Assembly: GCF_000015145.1 (NCBI RefSeq)
Contig: NC_008818.1
Span: forward strand, 1,320,001 to 1,352,000
DNA from: Hyperthermus butylicus DSM 5456
GTDB taxonomy: Archaea > Thermoproteota > Thermoprotei_A > Sulfolobales > Pyrodictiaceae
Direction of reading: 5' to 3'
Length of the DNA stretch: 32,000 nucleotides
The stretch's first letter is position 1. Each line of letters opens with the position of its first letter. The notes below the pieces were generated by a model. It did not search any database, had not been told where the DNA came from, and saw only the letters and a list, made by a program, of their open reading frames with translations. A program made the position numbers and the translations under genes. Positions 27,273 to 32,000 of this stretch are shown one piece after another.

Positions 27273-27471
27273 CTGTACAGTCCGGAGTATGCTCAAGTCA
27301 AATGGATGTTTTTACAGCTCGACACCATATCGTAGGGCTTGAACGCTATTCGCACAGCTATATAGGGGGCCCTGGACTCCATAGAGCTAGCCAAATAAAC
27401 GGGTATATGCTCTCAAAAGTTCTACCAGGGGTTCCCCATCACAGAAAATCCAGGCTCATAAGGGTGCCTAA

Positions 27472-29712
<2,241 letters not shown>

Positions 29713-29906
29713 CCCCTATCCGTCACACATTCTTTATCTGGGTTTCCGTCAAGCCCTAAACCATATATGATCTTTTACCAGGGCGGTGGGTCGAGTCTCA
29801 TTATTCTCGTAGCATGCGTGGAGCTTGTTAGAGCGGACACACCATCCCAAGCTATAAGCAGTTTTTCTCCGACTGCTCGGTGCTATGATGCTATCCTCTG
29901 ATATTG

Positions 29907-30353
29907 CTATGGGGTAGTCTCTACTCCTAGTTTCTGGGCGAGTTTTCTCAGCTTTTCGTCGAATGTTGCCAGTACAGTGCCGTGGTACATGGCTGTGGCG
30001 AGTATTATGTAATCGTTAACCTCGCGTGGACTGGCACTGTGCTCTTCTAACAGTCTGAGGGCCTGGTACAGCGCCGTGGGAGGTTCTGCCAGATACCTAG
30101 TTCGCGGGTCCTCAAGGTACTCCTGGAGCTTCCGCGTCACGAAGCCTGGTGGCACCCCAAGCTTCTTTACCATGACCCAGATATATTCGTGGACTACTAT
30201 TGATGGGAGTATGATCTTGGCCGCAGCGTCTATGATGTTGGCAGCCTCTTCATGGTGTGGACTGTCTTCGACCGTCTCGTAGACGAGTACGTTAGTGTCA
30301 GGGAGAAGTGGCTTCGTCAAGAGCTTCTTCGATTGCCTCCTCGATCTCCTCAA
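29907..30353 (-). CDS. vapC: PIN-domain ribonuclease VapC
   Basis: LLPDTNVLVYE (Asp), SIVVHEYIWVM (Glu), VNDYIILATA (Asp) and LATFDEKL (Asp) are present. The likely start is TTG at 30320, which overlaps the antitoxin stop. Confidence 0.8.
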   Translation of the reverse strand: MRRSRRQSKKLLTKPLLPDTNVLVYETVEDSPHHEEAANIIDAAAKIILPSIVVHEYIWVMVKKLGVPPGFVTRKLQEYLEDPRTRYLAEPPTALYQALRLLEEHSASPREVNDYIILATAMYHGTVLATFDEKLRKLAQKLGVETTP

Positions 30354-30537
30354 CTGTTATCCTCCTCCCAAGCCGTATTGTGAGCCTCTTACGTCTAACA
30401 GGGATGATCTTGATCACGCCCTCATCTTCGTCGTACAGCACCTCTACAAGGTCACCTTCCCTTATATTGGCCTTTGCTCTTACCGTGGCAGGTATTGTGA
30501 CCTGGTAGTTACGTGTAACTTTAACTATTTCACCCAA
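30298..30537 (-). CDS. vapB: AbrB/SpoVT-fold antitoxin VapB
   Basis: GEIVKVTRNYQVTIPATVRAKANIREGDLVEVLYDEDEGVIKIIP is an AbrB pattern with an acidic tail (EEIEEAIEEALDE). TTG start. Confidence 0.8.
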   Translation of the reverse strand: MGEIVKVTRNYQVTIPATVRAKANIREGDLVEVLYDEDEGVIKIIPVRRKRLTIRLGRRITVEEIEEAIEEALDEATSP

Positions 30538-30617
30538 GGTATCCCTACTAGCGATTCAAGGCCTACTAGTATATTAACGTTCCTACTAGCTATGTAGAGT
30601 TACCGCACGCTGCACAG

Positions 30618-30940
30618 CTATATCACCATTTTGTCTTGGGAGCGGGTAGCTTCCACGGTTACAATAGCTACATGAGCCACGAAGCTACAGTAGTTTAGAA
30701 GGGGCTACGCGCCGAGAACCTTTCCACAGCGTACACTTGACTCCTATGCTTCTGACCTCCTCCAACTATTGATCAGTCATGCCGAGCCCTCCAATAATTA
30801 GTGGATGAGTTAACCTTCCTCGAGTCCAGGATCCGCACCGCGAAGACCTTGTAGCGGAGAAGCCGAGTCTCATAGAGTACACGGTTGGCGTAGGCGTGAG
30901 GCTCACGGAGGGAGAGCTGGTTGCCAGGATAAGGAGCCGT
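30618..30940 (+). pseudogene. tnpA: Possible heavily decayed IS200-type Y1 transposase (tnpA) relic
   Basis: Fragments lie in three frames. LYHHFVLGAG resembles YHIVF. EPFHSVHLTPMLL resembles the HUH motif DHVHLLV. KPSLIEYTVGVGVRLTEGELVARIRS resembles LWSxSYFVGTVGxVSxExIxxYI, which carries the catalytic Tyr. The resemblance is weak and rests on pattern only. Confidence 0.2.
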
Positions 30941-31055
30941 TCACCCGAGAGCGGTGGGTTAGGGTCTTTTATGGTGCCGCCTTCGGGGTCATCCCGGCAC
31001 GGCTCGGGGCCCCTCACCGCCCTCCCTGAGCGGTTCTCGGAACCCCGAGCCCACC
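30897..31055. other. GC-rich, densely self-complementary segment (candidate structured RNA or IS-internal structure)
   Basis: Hand-found helices. 30901-30912 pairs with 31020-31031 (11 pairs around one C.C mismatch). GTGCCG (30974-30979) pairs with CGGCAC (30995-31000), enclosing a C(UUCG)G tetraloop at 30981-30986. GGCTCGGGG (31001-31009) pairs with CCCCGAGCC (31043-31051), which would cross the first helix. The only ORFs here are two mutually antisense, non-protein-like ones. Confidence 0.25.
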
Positions 31056-31121
31056 AGGAGACAACGGGGGCAAACAAGATTTATGGGGTTTTCTGGGTAT
31101 ATCCCCATATAGGTATAGGAT

Positions 31122-32000
31122 TTGAGCTATGTTACCGTTACCGCTGGTTTCAATGCTTCTGGAGAGAATACAAAACTACTCCTATCCACGGCGTGGCTGT
31201 TTAAGCTGGCAACACATAGAGTTCTCTCCTATGCCAAGTCTATGCCTGTTCTGCCAGCTTCGAAAATTGCTTGGAAGAACACGTTTAGGAGGCTTGCATA
31301 CGAGGTTATCCCCAATCGCAGATACGCTGACTCCGTAGCCGTTCTAGTTATGGGTATCTACGAGTCTTGTAGACGGGTAGGCGTCGACTTCAGAGAGGTT
31401 GGAGCTGGAGAGCTGGCTGATGTTTCAGCAGAGCGAGAAGGAGTATCCGCCGAGAAACATAACCCTAAAGAGTGTGGACGAGGCGTGGGTAACGGTATTC
31501 GATTACAGCCGTGAAGCTAGGAGAATAAGGCTTAGGATATCTACATCGGGTAGCTTTAGGAAGCTCCTAGAGAAGGTACTTAGCGAAACACAACCATACA
31601 ACCCTAGAATAGTGTTGAAGACGTGGAATATTAGAGATGGAACACTCTACGTGAGGGGAGAGCTACAGGTAAGCATACCACTAGACTTCTACTACAAACA
31701 CATGACCAGATATAGGAGAAACGACGGGAAACTCTATGGCGGAGTAGACATTAACATTGATAGGATTAGCCTTGCTATAGTTGACGAGAACGGTAATCTT
31801 AGGGATACCTATACCTTCTGGTTCCGAGAGGTAACAGCTAGAGGCTTTCCGGGGAGAAGAGCTAGGAGCATCATCGGTACGAGGGTGCATGAGATGCTCA
31901 GCTATGCCTATCAACACGGAGTTTAGACTCTATTCCTTGAGAACCCAGATGTGTTAGGCAAACCAAAGCTCCTGTGGATAAGGAACGGCAGGAGACTAGG
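31122..32000 (+). pseudogene. tnpB: TnpB-like (IS605 OrfB family) gene with a +1 frameshift and an in-frame TAG, running off the window
   Basis: The N-terminal helical part is in frame 0 (31122..31514). The rest is in frame +1 (open from 31381), containing GGVDINIDRISLAIVDENG (a RuvC-I-like Asp motif). TAG at 31924-31926 is followed in-frame by TLFLENPDVLGKPKLLWIRNGRRL (a RuvC-II-like Glu motif). Confidence 0.6.

Larger units (their letters stand above)
30600..32000 (+). mobile_element. Decayed IS200/IS605-family element (boundaries not determined, right end outside the window)
   Basis: It combines the TnpB-like pseudogene, a possible TnpA relic and palindromic or hairpin-rich sequence upstream. 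I could not identify terminal hairpins or target sites with confidence. Confidence 0.4.

Noticed and set aside
29880-29935. Possible C/D box sRNA (ATGATGC ... CTGA) downstream of cdc48
   Set aside because: The C box is imperfect. There is no convincing D box or terminal stem at the right spacing, and the segment overlaps the 3' end of vapC.
30897-31055. Identification of the structured GC-rich segment as SRP (7S) RNA or RNase P RNA
   Set aside because: I could not find the hallmark motifs on either strand. These are the helix-8 GGAA tetraloop with AGCA-type loops for SRP RNA, and GAGGAAAGUCC or ACAGAA-type P4 elements for RNase P. The CCAGGAUAAGGAGCC resemblance to SRP helix 8 is superficial.
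30766-31204. ORFs 30766..31077 (-) and 30896..31204 (+) as protein-coding genes
   Set aside because: They are mutually antisense and low-complexity, rich in Gly, Arg, Ser and Pro as expected from GC-rich non-coding sequence. Neither has a recognisable domain.

Overview
The window looks like a chromosomal segment from a GC-rich, probably hyperthermophilic crenarchaeon. This is inferred from gene content and order, not from any database search. Positions 1-15.2 kb are an intact housekeeping block. It holds the uL15 3' end, SecY, archaeal adenylate kinase, a DUF106/Oxa1-like membrane protein, eL34, cytidylate kinase, eL14, Cbf5, a small-domain methyltransferase and tRNA-Ser(UGA). It continues with a metallophosphoesterase, a ferritin-like protein, a CPBP protease, a MenA-like prenyltransferase, ADP-forming acetyl-CoA synthetase beta and alpha subunits, an NhaC-like transporter and an Lrp regulator. 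Positions 15.3-23.7 kb are an accessory, visibly decaying region. It contains a polytopic membrane protein split by one in-frame TGA, a ParA-like relic and three vapBC modules, one with its toxin killed by TAG at a conserved Trp position. It also contains a methyltransferase-like relic, a sugar nucleotidyltransferase pseudogene and a ~2 kb low-GC islet. The islet encodes an orphan two-frame secreted or membrane protein and abuts the 3' end of tRNA-Leu(CAA). Positions 23.7-29.7 kb are housekeeping again: TrmI, a Zn-ribbon protein, a CcdA/DsbD-like protein plus a CPHC thioredoxin-fold protein plus a Cys-rich unknown, aEF-1beta and CDC48. Positions 29.9-32.0 kb carry a fourth vapBC module and a decayed IS200/IS605-like element. 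That element has a TnpB-like gene with a frameshift and an in-frame TAG, a possible TnpA relic and an unexplained GC-rich, highly self-complementary spacer. I saw no rRNA and no CRISPR array. The best candidates for something new are the low-GC orphan cassette at tRNA-Leu and the structured spacer upstream of the TnpB-like gene. Both are hypotheses I cannot verify without searches.
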